This document shows positions 1 to 10,122 of a DNA stretch of 64,000 nucleotides, in pieces; position 1 is the stretch's first letter; each line of letters begins with the position of its first letter. The position numbers were made by a program, and so were the translations under genes. The notes under the pieces were generated by a model. The model ran no database searches. It was not told the origin of the DNA and saw nothing but the letters and a program-made list of their open reading frames with translations. Location of the stretch: the NCBI GenBank assembly GCA_020697715.1, contig JAEHCO010000001.1, forward strand, positions 352,001-416,000, given 5' to 3'. Source of the stretch: Methanobacteriota archaeon (GTDB lineage Archaea > Thermoplasmatota > Thermoplasmata > SG8-5 > JAGLSY01).

Positions 1-2
1 CC

Positions 3-2375
3 GCTTCCTCCACCATAGGTGACCCGATAATATCCAAGAATATCATTGATGGTTTCAGCGATGGCATATATCTTGAAGCCCTTGAGAATTGCACAGTATA
101 CGCCAACAGGATATCGAATTTCGATGGCACTGGCCTGAACCTTATAGATTCCTATAACAGCCTCATTTATTACAATAGTTTCCTCGGGACTGGTATTTGT
201 GCCTATGATACCACAGGCGCCAATATTTGGAATGAATCTTATCCTATGGGCGGTAACTACTATTATGACTACACTGGTGTTGATATCTTCTCTGGTCCAG
301 ATCAAGATATTCTTAACCATGACGAGATAGGGGACACACCATACATGGCCATTGCTGGAGGCATGGGAGCCATAGACAACTATCCGATAGCTGTCCACAG
401 TGTCATGATAACAAGCCACGTTGATGGAGATCTCATATCAGGAAATGAATTGATCGAAGCTGCAGCAACTGGAGCGGATGTAATAGGCGTCAGTTTCTAT
501 GTTGACGGGACTATCATGGCCCATGATCCTACGAACGATTACCAGTTCATTCTGGACACCTTGCCATTGGCAGAGGATGTGCCTATTGTGATAATGGCAG
601 AAGCCATGCTATCATCAGGAATCAACATCACCACCGAAGTTACATTGATACCAAATAACATGGTGAATGCTGGAAATTATATCAGTGCCAGCACTCCGGA
701 GCCTGAATATTCTCCGGATGAAGATGTTGCTGTATTGATAGATATCATCAATGCACCACCGATGTTTGACAATCTTGACCTTGTGGTGAGCTATGCCGAG
801 CCGGGAGGATACACACAGTACGCGAGTGCTATCGCTCTCCCATACAATACCCAGTATCAGATAACTCTCGCTTTGCCAAGTGATGCAGCCCTTGGAACCT
901 ACGATGTCACAGCAGAAGCCTATGGATATGTGGGTCAGATGATTGTCTGGACGGCCAATGATTCGATCCAATTCGATGTCATGGGACAAAGTGTGCAGGA
1001 ATGGTTGGATGATCTGAACATCACGGTAACGGATACCAATGAAACTGTGACCGATATGAACAACACATTGTTGGACATCGTCGACGATATAGCGGGTATG
1101 AATATCACTCTTGCCGATCTGAACAATGACCTATCTGGTCAACTAGATGCGGTGAACATATCCCTGCACAGCACATTGACCGATCTGGAGAACGATCTCC
1201 TGTCAGAGCTTGCGGGTGTGAATGACACTCTCGCTCTCGATATCCAGAATTTATTGACGAGTGTTACCAATGATATTGCTGGAATGAACTTGACAGTAGG
1301 AGATCAGCTGGCAATACTGGAAGGCAATATATCAGGCAATATATCTGATCTCAATGATTGGCTGGACACCGTATTGACGGCTATGGATGCCAATCTGACA
1401 CAAACAAATAACTCGCTCCATCAGCACATGGCGGATCTGGAGACCATGACCACGGATTTCTATGACAATCTCACAGCCGATCTTGTAGATGTGACAAACC
1501 AGCTGACCAATCTGGAGAATGATCTAACAGCCCAGCATGATGCGCTCAACGATACCATCGGTGTATTGTCCATCGCTGTGGATGATCAGCACAACTTGAC
1601 AAGATCCGAGATACTGGATGCTGTGAATAATAGCTATACCTTGTTGGACAGCCTGGACAATAACATGACCACGCACGATACCGATATCCAGGCATTGTTA
1701 GCCGCACTGGACGCTCTTGTACAAAATGAGGGGACTATGACCAGGGATCAATTGATCGTGAACACCGCCCAGATACTCGCGGACATTTCAGCGCTTGACC
1801 AGGAGATCGTATCACATGATGACGACATTAAGGAAAATATCATCACCCTCTCCGATCTTATGGCCACGCTTGACCAGCAGAGTTTGGAAGCAACAAGCTT
1901 CATTGTGACTGAACTGGCTCAGAACCTTTCGACTCATGATGATGCCATTGGAGCGGACCTTCTGGATATGGATGGTGACATAACCACCTTCCAGGATGAT
2001 GTGGATGCCAAGCTTCTGCTAATCGACGCCACCTTGGAGGATCTGGACAAGCTGGATAGTATAATCACCGACTTGCAGGAACTAGATCTAGCATTGCAAG
2101 ATGCAGAGGCTCAGCTCTCCAGCACGATCGAACAGGAAGCTGATGAGACGAATTCGGGCATAAATGATAATAATTCGGACATCTCGACCAATCTCACCTT
2201 CCTCCTCATAGTCCTGATAGCCAGTATACTATTCTTCCTTCTCAGCGCCATGTCATTGAACAAGACCAAGAAGGAATTGATCTCCAGTATACATGACAAG
2301 CCAAGCAGGGATGAGTTCGAGCATGCGGATATGCCGGAAACATCATCCGAAGAGGAGACACTATCCGAAGAGTGA
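3..2375 (+). CDS. Large membrane-anchored surface protein (5'-truncated): NosD/parallel beta-helix end, Ig-like region, long acidic coiled-coil stalk, C-terminal TM helix
   Basis: Frame is open from nt 3 (..GIYLEALENCTVYANRISN..IYYNSF..NIWNESYPMGGNY..GDTPY..DNYP, typical NosD/CASH C-terminus); heptad-rich L/D/N/T region; hydrophobic TFLLIVLIASILFFLL then KTKK. Confidence 0.75.
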   Translation, partial: ASSTIGDPIISKNIIDGFSDGIYLEALENCTVYANRISNFDGTGLNLIDSYNSLIYYNSFLGTGICAYDTTGANIWNESYPMGGNYYYDYTGVDIFSGPDQDILNHDEIGDTPYMAIAGGMGAIDNYPIAVHSVMITSHVDGDLISGNELIEAAATGADVIGVSFYVDGTIMAHDPTNDYQFILDTLPLAEDVPIVIMAEAMLSSGINITTEVTLIPNNMVNAGNYISASTPEPEYSPDEDVAVLIDIINAPPMFDNLDLVVSYAEPGGYTQYASAIALPYNTQYQITLALPSDAALGTYDVTAEAYGYVGQMIVWTANDSIQFDVMGQSVQEWLDDLNITVTDTNETVTDMNNTLLDIVDDIAGMNITLADLNNDLSGQLDAVNISLHSTLTDLENDLLSELAGVNDTLALDIQNLLTSVTNDIAGMNLTVGDQLAILEGNISGNISDLNDWLDTVLTAMDANLTQTNNSLHQHMADLETMTTDFYDNLTADLVDVTNQLTNLENDLTAQHDALNDTIGVLSIAVDDQHNLTRSEILDAVNNSYTLLDSLDNNMTTHDTDIQALLAALDALVQNEGTMTRDQLIVNTAQILADISALDQEIVSHDDDIKENIITLSDLMATLDQQSLEATSFIVTELAQNLSTHDDAIGADLLDMDGDITTFQDDVDAKLLLIDATLEDLDKLDSIITDLQELDLALQDAEAQLSSTIEQEADETNSGINDNNSDISTNLTFLLIVLIASILFFLLSAMSLNKTKKELISSIHDKPSRDEFEHADMPETSSEEETLSEE

Positions 2376-2405
2376 TGGTTGAATATTCAGTCAGGATAAT
2401 GGATC

Positions 2406-2433
2406 GCCCCAAGTCAAATACTGAGCTTGGGGC
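2406..2433 (+). terminator. Hairpin downstream of surface protein gene
   Basis: GCCCCAAG..CTTGGGGC 8-bp inverted repeat. Confidence 0.35.
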
Positions 2434-2527
2434 ACTCTCATTAACACATAGGCTCTAGCATATGATATAGACCATAGTCTGGTCACCATCTCCAACTTTC
2501 ATCTTCATTCTTGGAGGTAATAAGAAC

Positions 2528-2570
2528 TTATAAATACTTCATCCGCCATAATGTAAGTAAGCACTTGCAT
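2528..2570 (+). promoter_or_regulatory. TATA box and probable TetR operator
   Basis: TTATAAATA at 2528-2536; imperfect palindrome ATGTAAGT-AAGC-ACTTGCAT at 2551-2570 just upstream of the TetR gene. Confidence 0.6.
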
Positions 2571-2583
2571 GCATGGTGAGAAT

Positions 2584-3180
2584 ATGGGTGGAAAAAACAC
2601 AAAGATCAGGATACTGGATGCCGCATTGGAGCTTATCTCCAAGGATGGGTTAAAGGCCACGACGACAAAGGCAATTGCGGAAAAGGCCAGCGTGAATGAA
2701 GTTACACTTTTCAGGCATTTCGAGTCCAAGGAGAAATTATTCCTGGCAGTTATCGATCGTGAGGCGATGGTCAGGTTCGAGATAATTCAACATGATATCG
2801 AACCATCAGGGGATCTTGTGGAGGAACTGACAATGATAGGTAATTTCATGTCCAAGGCAATGGTGGGAAAGGCCAATTTCTTCAAACTAATGGTGATGGA
2901 AGTTAATAGATACCCAGAGATATTCGATCATATTGGGACAGTGCCAATGGCGGCGATCGATATGTTGAAAAAATACTTCGATAAGGCCAAGGAAATGGGC
3001 ATTGTGCGAAAGGATGTGCATTCCGAAATAATGGCCATTACCTATTTTAGCTATCTATTCAGAATTCTAGTTACCACCGCCTTCCTGGGTGATGATATAT
3101 TTATGAAAAATAGAACAGGTGATGGAATGAGACAATTTGCAGAGATCTTTGTAAACGGCGTGGCAAGTAGGGGTGATTGA
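2584..3180 (+). CDS. TetR/AcrR family transcriptional regulator
   Basis: ILDAALELISKDGLKATTTKAIAEKASVNEVTLFRHFESKEKL HTH; GGTGAG SD before ATG 2584. Confidence 0.93.
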   Translation: MGGKNTKIRILDAALELISKDGLKATTTKAIAEKASVNEVTLFRHFESKEKLFLAVIDREAMVRFEIIQHDIEPSGDLVEELTMIGNFMSKAMVGKANFFKLMVMEVNRYPEIFDHIGTVPMAAIDMLKKYFDKAKEMGIVRKDVHSEIMAITYFSYLFRILVTTAFLGDDIFMKNRTGDGMRQFAEIFVNGVASRGD

Positions 3181-3181
3181 G

Positions 3182-3937
3182 ATGTTAGCAGTTAAGACAG
3201 ATAAATTGACAAAGAACTATGGTGATTTCAAGGCCCTGGATGAACTGGAACTCCAGGTGATCAAGGGCGAGATATATGGACTACTTGGTCCGAATGGAGC
3301 TGGTAAGACCACGGCTATCAAGGTTCTTGTTGGCTTACTGAAAAAAACCTCGGGCACAGCCCAGGTCCTTGACATCGAGATCCCAAACAAGCAGATAGCC
3401 AGTGATATTGGTTTCATGCCACAGGAGACCGCGATGTACATCGGCCTCACGGTCCATCAGAACATGGAATTTTTCGGAAAGCTCTTTGGCATGACGAAAG
3501 AACAAATAGCCATCAAGGAAGCGGAATTACTGAAATTCGTTGATCTGGAGGATTGGAAGGACGAGCTCGTGCAGAACCTCAGTGGTGGTATGAAACATCG
3601 TGTTAGTCTAGCATGTACTTTGATACACGAGCCTGATATTCTATTTCTTGATGAGCCAACAGTTGGTGTTGACCCTAAACTGAGAGCCAATTTCTGGAAG
3701 TATTTCAATAAGCTGAAGGAGAATGGAACGACCGTCATCATCACCACCCATTACATGGACGAGGCCAGGAACTGCGACAGGGTGGGTTTCATGCGCCAGG
3801 GGAAGCTCATTGCCGAAGGCATACCGAATGAGATAATGAAAGACACTGGCACGGATAATTTGGAGGACGCTTTTCTTCATTATGCGACCATCGGGGAGGC
3901 CTCCGACGGTCCCACGCCCGATGGAGGTGGGGAATAA
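3182..3937 (+). CDS. ABC-2 type transporter ATP-binding protein
   Basis: GPNGAGKTT, LSGGM, LFLDEPT, TTHYMDEA. Confidence 0.95.
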   Translation: MLAVKTDKLTKNYGDFKALDELELQVIKGEIYGLLGPNGAGKTTAIKVLVGLLKKTSGTAQVLDIEIPNKQIASDIGFMPQETAMYIGLTVHQNMEFFGKLFGMTKEQIAIKEAELLKFVDLEDWKDELVQNLSGGMKHRVSLACTLIHEPDILFLDEPTVGVDPKLRANFWKYFNKLKENGTTVIITTHYMDEARNCDRVGFMRQGKLIAEGIPNEIMKDTGTDNLEDAFLHYATIGEASDGPTPDGGGE

Positions 3938-5070
3938 TGGATCTGGGAAGAATACTGGCCGTCAGTAAAAGAGTGTTCATCGACCTGAAGAATGACAAAC
4001 GTAGCCTTGCCTTGATAATCATAGCTCCTCTTTTCTCAATGGCAGTTTTTGGTCTAGCCTTCAGCGGAGAGGTGGAGAATATAGGTGTTATTATTGTGAA
4101 TCATGATACTGGCATGGACATTCCCATTGTAGGAGATGTTGATTTTGCAGATCAGGTGATAGATAATATAGATCATGACACGTTAGATATTCAGGAAAGC
4201 GATGATCTGGTCACGGCAATTGAAAGTCTTGAGGCGGGAGATGCCTGGGCCGTCATATATTTCTCTGAGAATTATACGGCAAACACGATGGCCAGTATAA
4301 TTCCATTCACTAATGCCAGCTCGGAGATCGAGCTGTATATTGATATGAGTAATGTGAACTTGGCAGAAGCGATAATCATAGAGGTCAATTCCGCCCTCAT
4401 GGCAACCATGGAAGAGAATGGCGGAAGCTTGCCAGTCACTGTGGAAAGGACCGAGGTATACGGTCAGAATGCGGAGTTCATGGACTTCTTCGTTCCCGGG
4501 ATAGTGAGCTTCGCTGTCTATCTATTCACCACTCTCCTCACACTCATGGCCTTCATCGGCGAGCGGGTGAGTGGCACATTATCACGAGTACTGGCCACAC
4601 CACTTAGAGAATCAGAGATCGTATCAGGTTACGCGCTGACCTTCAGCATTGTGGGAACTCTCCAATCGATATTCATGATAGTCGTGGGAATTCTGGCATT
4701 CGATGTCATGATCGAAGGAAACATACTCCTGGTCTTCATGGTCGTCGCCCTGTTGGCCATAGTGTGCCAGGCCCTGGGGATCCTCCTCTCATCATTTGCT
4801 CAAAGAGAGGCACAGGCTGCACAGTTCCTTCCATTGATCGTCATGCCAGCCTTCCTCCTTTCGGGGGTCTTTTGGCCATTGGAAGCAATACCTGCCTGGC
4901 TCAGGCCAGCCAGCTTTTTAGTCCCTCCTTCATACTCGATAACGGCCGCAAGGTCCGTCATGATAAGAGGTTGGGGACTGGACATGATATGGATGGACAT
5001 GGTGGCATTGGTGATATTCGCAATGGTCCTGTTGACACTGGCTGTTATATCTCTGAAGAAAAAGGGTTGA
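3937..5070 (+). CDS. ABC-2 type permease
   Basis: N-terminal TM, extracellular loop, DFFVPGI, ERVSGTLSRVLATPL, LSGVFWPLEAIPAWL. Confidence 0.93.
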   Translation: MDLGRILAVSKRVFIDLKNDKRSLALIIIAPLFSMAVFGLAFSGEVENIGVIIVNHDTGMDIPIVGDVDFADQVIDNIDHDTLDIQESDDLVTAIESLEAGDAWAVIYFSENYTANTMASIIPFTNASSEIELYIDMSNVNLAEAIIIEVNSALMATMEENGGSLPVTVERTEVYGQNAEFMDFFVPGIVSFAVYLFTTLLTLMAFIGERVSGTLSRVLATPLRESEIVSGYALTFSIVGTLQSIFMIVVGILAFDVMIEGNILLVFMVVALLAIVCQALGILLSSFAQREAQAAQFLPLIVMPAFLLSGVFWPLEAIPAWLRPASFLVPPSYSITAARSVMIRGWGLDMIWMDMVALVIFAMVLLTLAVISLKKKG

Positions 5071-5159
5071 CATGATGCAGCTTGCGATGATCGGAACCAT
5101 GGGAAAGCCGAAACAAAGTTAATATACTCAATCAAGCTTAACTTCATTAGAATAGGGGA

Positions 5160-5702
5160 TTGAAAATGACGGATCTCAGACAGAAAGTTGAAGATGACAG
5201 AGGATTATTGAAGAAGATACAACTGGTAATTCCAGGTTTCAAGGGCTACAGGGAGAAAGAAGACCTGCGGATAGCGGATCGTCTCCTCAGGGAGCAATTG
5301 GCTGATAAGCTGGGGCATGCGGTGAAAGACCTGGAAGCATCCCGAGACAATCTTGTCTCCAGCAATGAGGTCGAATGCCTGGATGACATCGGGAAGCTGA
5401 TAAACCTCACATCGGCCGCCATGAACAAGATAAGGCACGCGGAGCAGGGCTACACAGGCATATCCCCGGACTATCGCATACAGCAGGGCCAGCTTTACAA
5501 TATGTACGATTGGGATCTTAGCCTCATTTACAATATCGACAATGTCAAAGGTGCATCAGAGAAATTGAAAAGTGCCACATCATCCAGTAATAAGGATGAT
5601 GCGTGCAAAGGTATCGATATTGCGAAGGAAGCCCTGAACAAGTTCGAAGAGCTCTTTGAAAAGAGACGGGAAGCGATTGCGGGATTGCTTGCAGTGGAAT
5701 GA
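5160..5702 (+). CDS. Conserved helical hypothetical protein (first gene of SPFH operon)
   Basis: KIQLVIPGFKGYREKEDLRIADRLLR motif; co-oriented with SPFH gene. Confidence 0.75.
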   Translation: MKMTDLRQKVEDDRGLLKKIQLVIPGFKGYREKEDLRIADRLLREQLADKLGHAVKDLEASRDNLVSSNEVECLDDIGKLINLTSAAMNKIRHAEQGYTGISPDYRIQQGQLYNMYDWDLSLIYNIDNVKGASEKLKSATSSSNKDDACKGIDIAKEALNKFEELFEKRREAIAGLLAVE

Positions 5703-5721
5703 AATGGAGAGGTGATGAAAC

Positions 5722-6876
5722 ATGGGAATATTTAACAGAGGTAAAAGTTCAAAAGGCGATGTGGCCAGGAACACATACACATGGCCAGTGGAATACAAAG
5801 GTGAGAATATCCTTTACAAGATACCCACGAATATCTATTACAATGATAATATCGTGGTAAATGAGGATGAGTTCGCGGTCTTCTTCAGAGATGGAAAGGC
5901 AATGCATGTCTTCGACCAGCCAGGAAGGTTCGCACTCACGACCCAGAACCTGCCGATCCTCACATCATTGGGCTCGGCGATCACCGGCGTGAAGCAGCTG
6001 GGGGAGGTTTATTATCTCCAGAGAAGGGAATTCCGTGGCAAATTTGGCACAGCCGAGCCATTGGTCTTCAAGGATCAGGATTTCGGCATGGTGAGAATAA
6101 GGGTGTTTGGAAATTTCGCATACAAGGTGACAGACCCAATACAATTCATAACACAATTCATCGGAACACGAGGATACAGTTCCAGCCAGCAAGTTATCGA
6201 ATGGCTGAAGACCGAACTGATCCAGACCGTGAATGACGCCCTCGGCGAGCTGAAGAAGGACAAGAACATGGCATTGGTCGAGATGCCAGCCTATCTTCAG
6301 GAGATCGAGCAATTGGTTATCAGCAAGGTATCTGGAGAGGTATCACAATATGGTTTGAAGATCATGAACCTGGCTGGCTTGACGATCACACCTCCAAAGG
6401 AAGTGCAGGAAGCCATTGACAAGAGAGGTGCGATGGGCGCTCTGGGTGTCAATTATATGCAATATCAGACTGGAAAGGCCATTGAGGGTGTTGGAGAAGG
6501 TGCGTCCAAAGGCGGCGATAGTGGAGCCACAGCTCTGGCTGGCCTTGGCGCGGGAGCCGGTATGGGTCTTGGAATGGGAGGCGCGATGAGCCAGGGAATG
6601 CAGCAAGGATCTGAACCACAGACCGAGGTGAAGGTCAAATGTCCACATTGTGAGGCACTATTGGCCCAGGACGCGAAGTTCTGCAAGGAATGTGGCAAAG
6701 AAGTGACTCAGGCCAGCATGACCAAATGTGCGAAATGTGATGCTCAGATAGCCAGTGATGCGAAGTTCTGTAAAGAATGTGGATCCCCAACCAAGATACA
6801 ATGTCCAAAATGCGATGCCGAGCTGGCCGCGGATGCCAAGTTCTGCAAAGAATGCGGTGAGAAGATCGGCGAGTGA
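5722..6876 (+). CDS. SPFH/band-7 (YdjI-like) protein with C-terminal triple zinc ribbon
   Basis: VVNEDEFAVFFRDGK..PGRFALTTQNLP..KFGT; Gly-rich linker; three CxxC..AKFCKECG repeats. Confidence 0.88.
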   Translation: MGIFNRGKSSKGDVARNTYTWPVEYKGENILYKIPTNIYYNDNIVVNEDEFAVFFRDGKAMHVFDQPGRFALTTQNLPILTSLGSAITGVKQLGEVYYLQRREFRGKFGTAEPLVFKDQDFGMVRIRVFGNFAYKVTDPIQFITQFIGTRGYSSSQQVIEWLKTELIQTVNDALGELKKDKNMALVEMPAYLQEIEQLVISKVSGEVSQYGLKIMNLAGLTITPPKEVQEAIDKRGAMGALGVNYMQYQTGKAIEGVGEGASKGGDSGATALAGLGAGAGMGLGMGGAMSQGMQQGSEPQTEVKVKCPHCEALLAQDAKFCKECGKEVTQASMTKCAKCDAQIASDAKFCKECGSPTKIQCPKCDAELAADAKFCKECGEKIGE

Positions 6877-7532
6877 TATTCAATTCATCCTGGGCAAGAG
6901 TTATCTATCAAAATGACCTTGAAGACAGCATGGACATAATGGCATCTGTGAAAGAATTACTTGAACGTCCAGAGATATTCCGCAGAAAGAGGCCACACAT
7001 CCCTATTCTTATCGTGTTCGTTCTTACTCTGCTATGGTTCTTGGGAGCCACTTTCTCACCATATCTTGTGGATGCTGGCACCATCAATCTTGGAGACGAT
7101 GGTGTTGTGGGGACAAGGGATTTCACCCATACAATATCTCAGATAGACAGCCCAGTTGCCAAGTTCTTCTACGATGCGGGAGATGTTAATTGCCATCAGA
7201 AGGCCAGTCGCTCTTACTTTCTGAATGATAATCAAATGCCCTTCTGCGCTCGAGATGCCGCAATATTCATGGGCCTGGCCATAGGTGTGCTGGCCATGGT
7301 GTTCATATCGATAGAATTGAATATCTTCTGGATAATCCTGGGCCTGGTCCCGATGGGCATAGATGGTACGACCCAGCTCTTATTCGATAGCTATGAGAGC
7401 ACTAATTTCATAAGATTGATAACAGGCATGATCGCAGGTATTGTGATCGGTATCGCCCTGGGATATATCATTGGCGAGTTCTCACTCATATCAAAGGAAA
7501 GGAAAATGACCAAGAATATGAAGGAAAAATAG
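6873..7532 (+). CDS. DUF2085-like membrane protein (true start probably 6929-6938)
   Basis: CHQKASRSY..QMPFCARD..PMGIDGTTQ..ESTNFIRLITG motifs. Confidence 0.85.
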   Translation: MIFNSSWARVIYQNDLEDSMDIMASVKELLERPEIFRRKRPHIPILIVFVLTLLWFLGATFSPYLVDAGTINLGDDGVVGTRDFTHTISQIDSPVAKFFYDAGDVNCHQKASRSYFLNDNQMPFCARDAAIFMGLAIGVLAMVFISIELNIFWIILGLVPMGIDGTTQLLFDSYESTNFIRLITGMIAGIVIGIALGYIIGEFSLISKERKMTKNMKEK

Positions 7533-7671
7533 GAGTGGGATAATATAACTGGCTCAATACAGAGGCCTAATAATACAGGATCTGGACAGTCATATATCAA
7601 AGTACCAAACAAACCCCCCAATGTATAAATATTAGTCAATCGATTTACTGGTATAGGTTACGAGGATTGGT

Positions 7672-10086
7672 ATGGTTTTTTCTGATGAGTTTCAAAATTT
7701 GTTTATCGAACATCTTGACAAAGCAAAAGCCAGTGAACCAAAAGTTATTCTTATTGAAAAAGAACCAGGCGCATCAATAATGCCTGTGATGAATGCCATG
7801 GACACCGCGGATATGGCCGGTGCAATTGTATGGAGTGCTTATTGTGGGGATAGAAGCCAGTCTCCCTTTGAACAATTACTTCCAGAGAATAAGAAGAAGG
7901 TCCTGAACATTGAAAAACCACCTCGAATTGAATTGGCATTACTGGCTGATGAAAGCGGAATGAACCTGGGAACTGTGAGCAGGGACAATAGCTCCCTGGA
8001 TCCAGATATAATAAGCGGAATGATGGCCGCAGTTCGGAATTTTGTCAAGGATTCCTTGTCAATGCATGCTGGCAAGGAATTTTCAGAACGGGGTGTTGAG
8101 AGGTTCGAAATGCAGGGATACAAAATACTCGTATGCTCAGGTAATTTGCTTAATCTTACTTTGATCTTATCGGGCTCCATCCCTGACCAGCTTATTTCAG
8201 AGATGAGGAGGGTTCTTGCTCGGATTGAAAGTGCGAATCAAGATATACTAGCAAAATGGAATGGCTCTGCCAGCGACATCGAAGGCATCGAGGCCCCAGT
8301 ATTTCACAGCTTCTTCGCATCAAAGCAATATGAGGGGGAATGGGACTTCCAGCAAATGAATCAGCACAGATCAAAAATGTATGATGATGTTCTGAACATA
8401 GTGGAAAAACAATCCAGAGATGGAACTATTGCATTCTTTGTCGAGGATATGGATAAGGCAGATATCACTTCATTACAGCTTCTTTCATATATCCTCAGAA
8501 ACCTTGAATCTTCCAAGGTCCTTTTCCTGGGAACTCATGGAGTTCTCGATTGTATGGATGGAAATATGAAAGAAATAATAAATTCGATCGGGGCTCTGGA
8601 ACATTCAATATCAATGAGGCAGGAATCAGAGATCAATCTAAGCCAGATGATTGGAAAAATATCTCATAATAATAGGAGAGCGGTGAACACTGTTCTTCGT
8701 CACGGAGCCATATTGGGAACAATGGATCCAGGCACACTTCAAGATTCCACTGGGCTTGATAGATCCGTGGTTTCAAATGCTCTGGAAGAAATGATGACAT
8801 CTGGTTTTATTTCCGGTTCTGGCCAGCATCTACCTCCATCAATTGGAGAAAGCATTCTCAATGAAATGGAAAAGAGCGAAAGAACAAAGATAACAGAATC
8901 CGGGGCACTAGCTTTAGAGGCAAATCACCCTGATGAAACAGTGGTATTGGCCGATCTCTTCTGTTGGCTTGCTGAGCAGAATCCCGAGTACAGGGACAAA
9001 GCAGTGAAATACGCATCTTCCTGCGCCGAGATATATATTAATAATTTCAACAAGGAAGGGGCCATTCGAATGTGGTTGGCTGCCTATGAATTTTCCCATG
9101 ATATTGACGATAAATGCCTCTTTCTTTGGAAAGCAATAGAATTGGAAGATAATTATCAAGAAAAAGAGTTAGAAGAACATTTAAAAGAACTACTGAACCT
9201 ATCAGAGGCCAGTAAATCTGAAAAATATCGCGGGCGGGCGTATTGGGGACTGGGACAGGTTATAGAAAAAACAGGAGATTTTGATACAGCAATATCATAT
9301 TTGGAAATTGCTGAAGAGGCCCTAAGTTCTGTCGAAGATTATGACACGGTTGGACTTGTTCTTAATACGAAAGGAGCTTTCTTCTTATGGAGAGGAAAGA
9401 ACGAAGAGGCATTGAACCTTTTCCAGAAATCAATAGAGTTTTGTAATTTACATAATGATCTAAATCTGAAAGCCACATTAATGGTCAATATGGCCTATAT
9501 TCAGATGTCCCAGGGTGATCTACAAGGCTCTGATGAGACACTGAAAGAAGCATATGATATTGCCAATAATACTGGAATCATGTGGCGCCTGCCAGATATA
9601 TTATGGCATATGGCCATGCTCGCCTACCATCAGGAAGAGTATGAAAAAGGGATCGAACACTGTAAAGAGGCATTGGACATCACCTACAAATCTGGGCAAT
9701 GGTCCCAGACCATAAACACCCTGAGCGTGCTTTCGGTCATGTACCTTAAGCTTGACCAGGAAAACCTGTCCCATGAAAAGAATTTGGAGGCCTATAGAAT
9801 GGCCAAAAGAACCGGCAAGGGAGATCTGCTTGCATTGACCCATAATATTTTTTGTTATCATTCCAGAGCTCGTTCAACCTGGCTCATAAAGAATATGGAC
9901 GTTTTAAAGGGCCCACGCACCCATGCTGAAACCTTGAAGGCGGTTAAAGAAGATCTTGCAGATATTTTCATAAATGAGATCAAAACCATGTCCGACGTGA
10001 TAGATAGCTCCATGTCGGATGAGAACAAGCAAAAGCTGGCACAAGAAATGAAAGATATGCTTGAACTGCTAGAGTCAGACAATTGA
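7672..10086 (+). CDS. Degenerate STAND/AAA ATPase-like protein with inserted longin/roadblock-like domain and C-terminal TPRs
   Basis: Decayed P-loop (IEKEPGAS), Walker-B-like FVEDMDKADITSLQLL, DIISGMMAAVRNFVKDS..KWNG insert, TPR repeats. Confidence 0.7.
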   Translation: MVFSDEFQNLFIEHLDKAKASEPKVILIEKEPGASIMPVMNAMDTADMAGAIVWSAYCGDRSQSPFEQLLPENKKKVLNIEKPPRIELALLADESGMNLGTVSRDNSSLDPDIISGMMAAVRNFVKDSLSMHAGKEFSERGVERFEMQGYKILVCSGNLLNLTLILSGSIPDQLISEMRRVLARIESANQDILAKWNGSASDIEGIEAPVFHSFFASKQYEGEWDFQQMNQHRSKMYDDVLNIVEKQSRDGTIAFFVEDMDKADITSLQLLSYILRNLESSKVLFLGTHGVLDCMDGNMKEIINSIGALEHSISMRQESEINLSQMIGKISHNNRRAVNTVLRHGAILGTMDPGTLQDSTGLDRSVVSNALEEMMTSGFISGSGQHLPPSIGESILNEMEKSERTKITESGALALEANHPDETVVLADLFCWLAEQNPEYRDKAVKYASSCAEIYINNFNKEGAIRMWLAAYEFSHDIDDKCLFLWKAIELEDNYQEKELEEHLKELLNLSEASKSEKYRGRAYWGLGQVIEKTGDFDTAISYLEIAEEALSSVEDYDTVGLVLNTKGAFFLWRGKNEEALNLFQKSIEFCNLHNDLNLKATLMVNMAYIQMSQGDLQGSDETLKEAYDIANNTGIMWRLPDILWHMAMLAYHQEEYEKGIEHCKEALDITYKSGQWSQTINTLSVLSVMYLKLDQENLSHEKNLEAYRMAKRTGKGDLLALTHNIFCYHSRARSTWLIKNMDVLKGPRTHAETLKAVKEDLADIFINEIKTMSDVIDSSMSDENKQKLAQEMKDMLELLESDN

Positions 10087-10122
10087 TCTTTTTTACTCAA
10101 GCCAATTTCTGAAAAATAAAAT

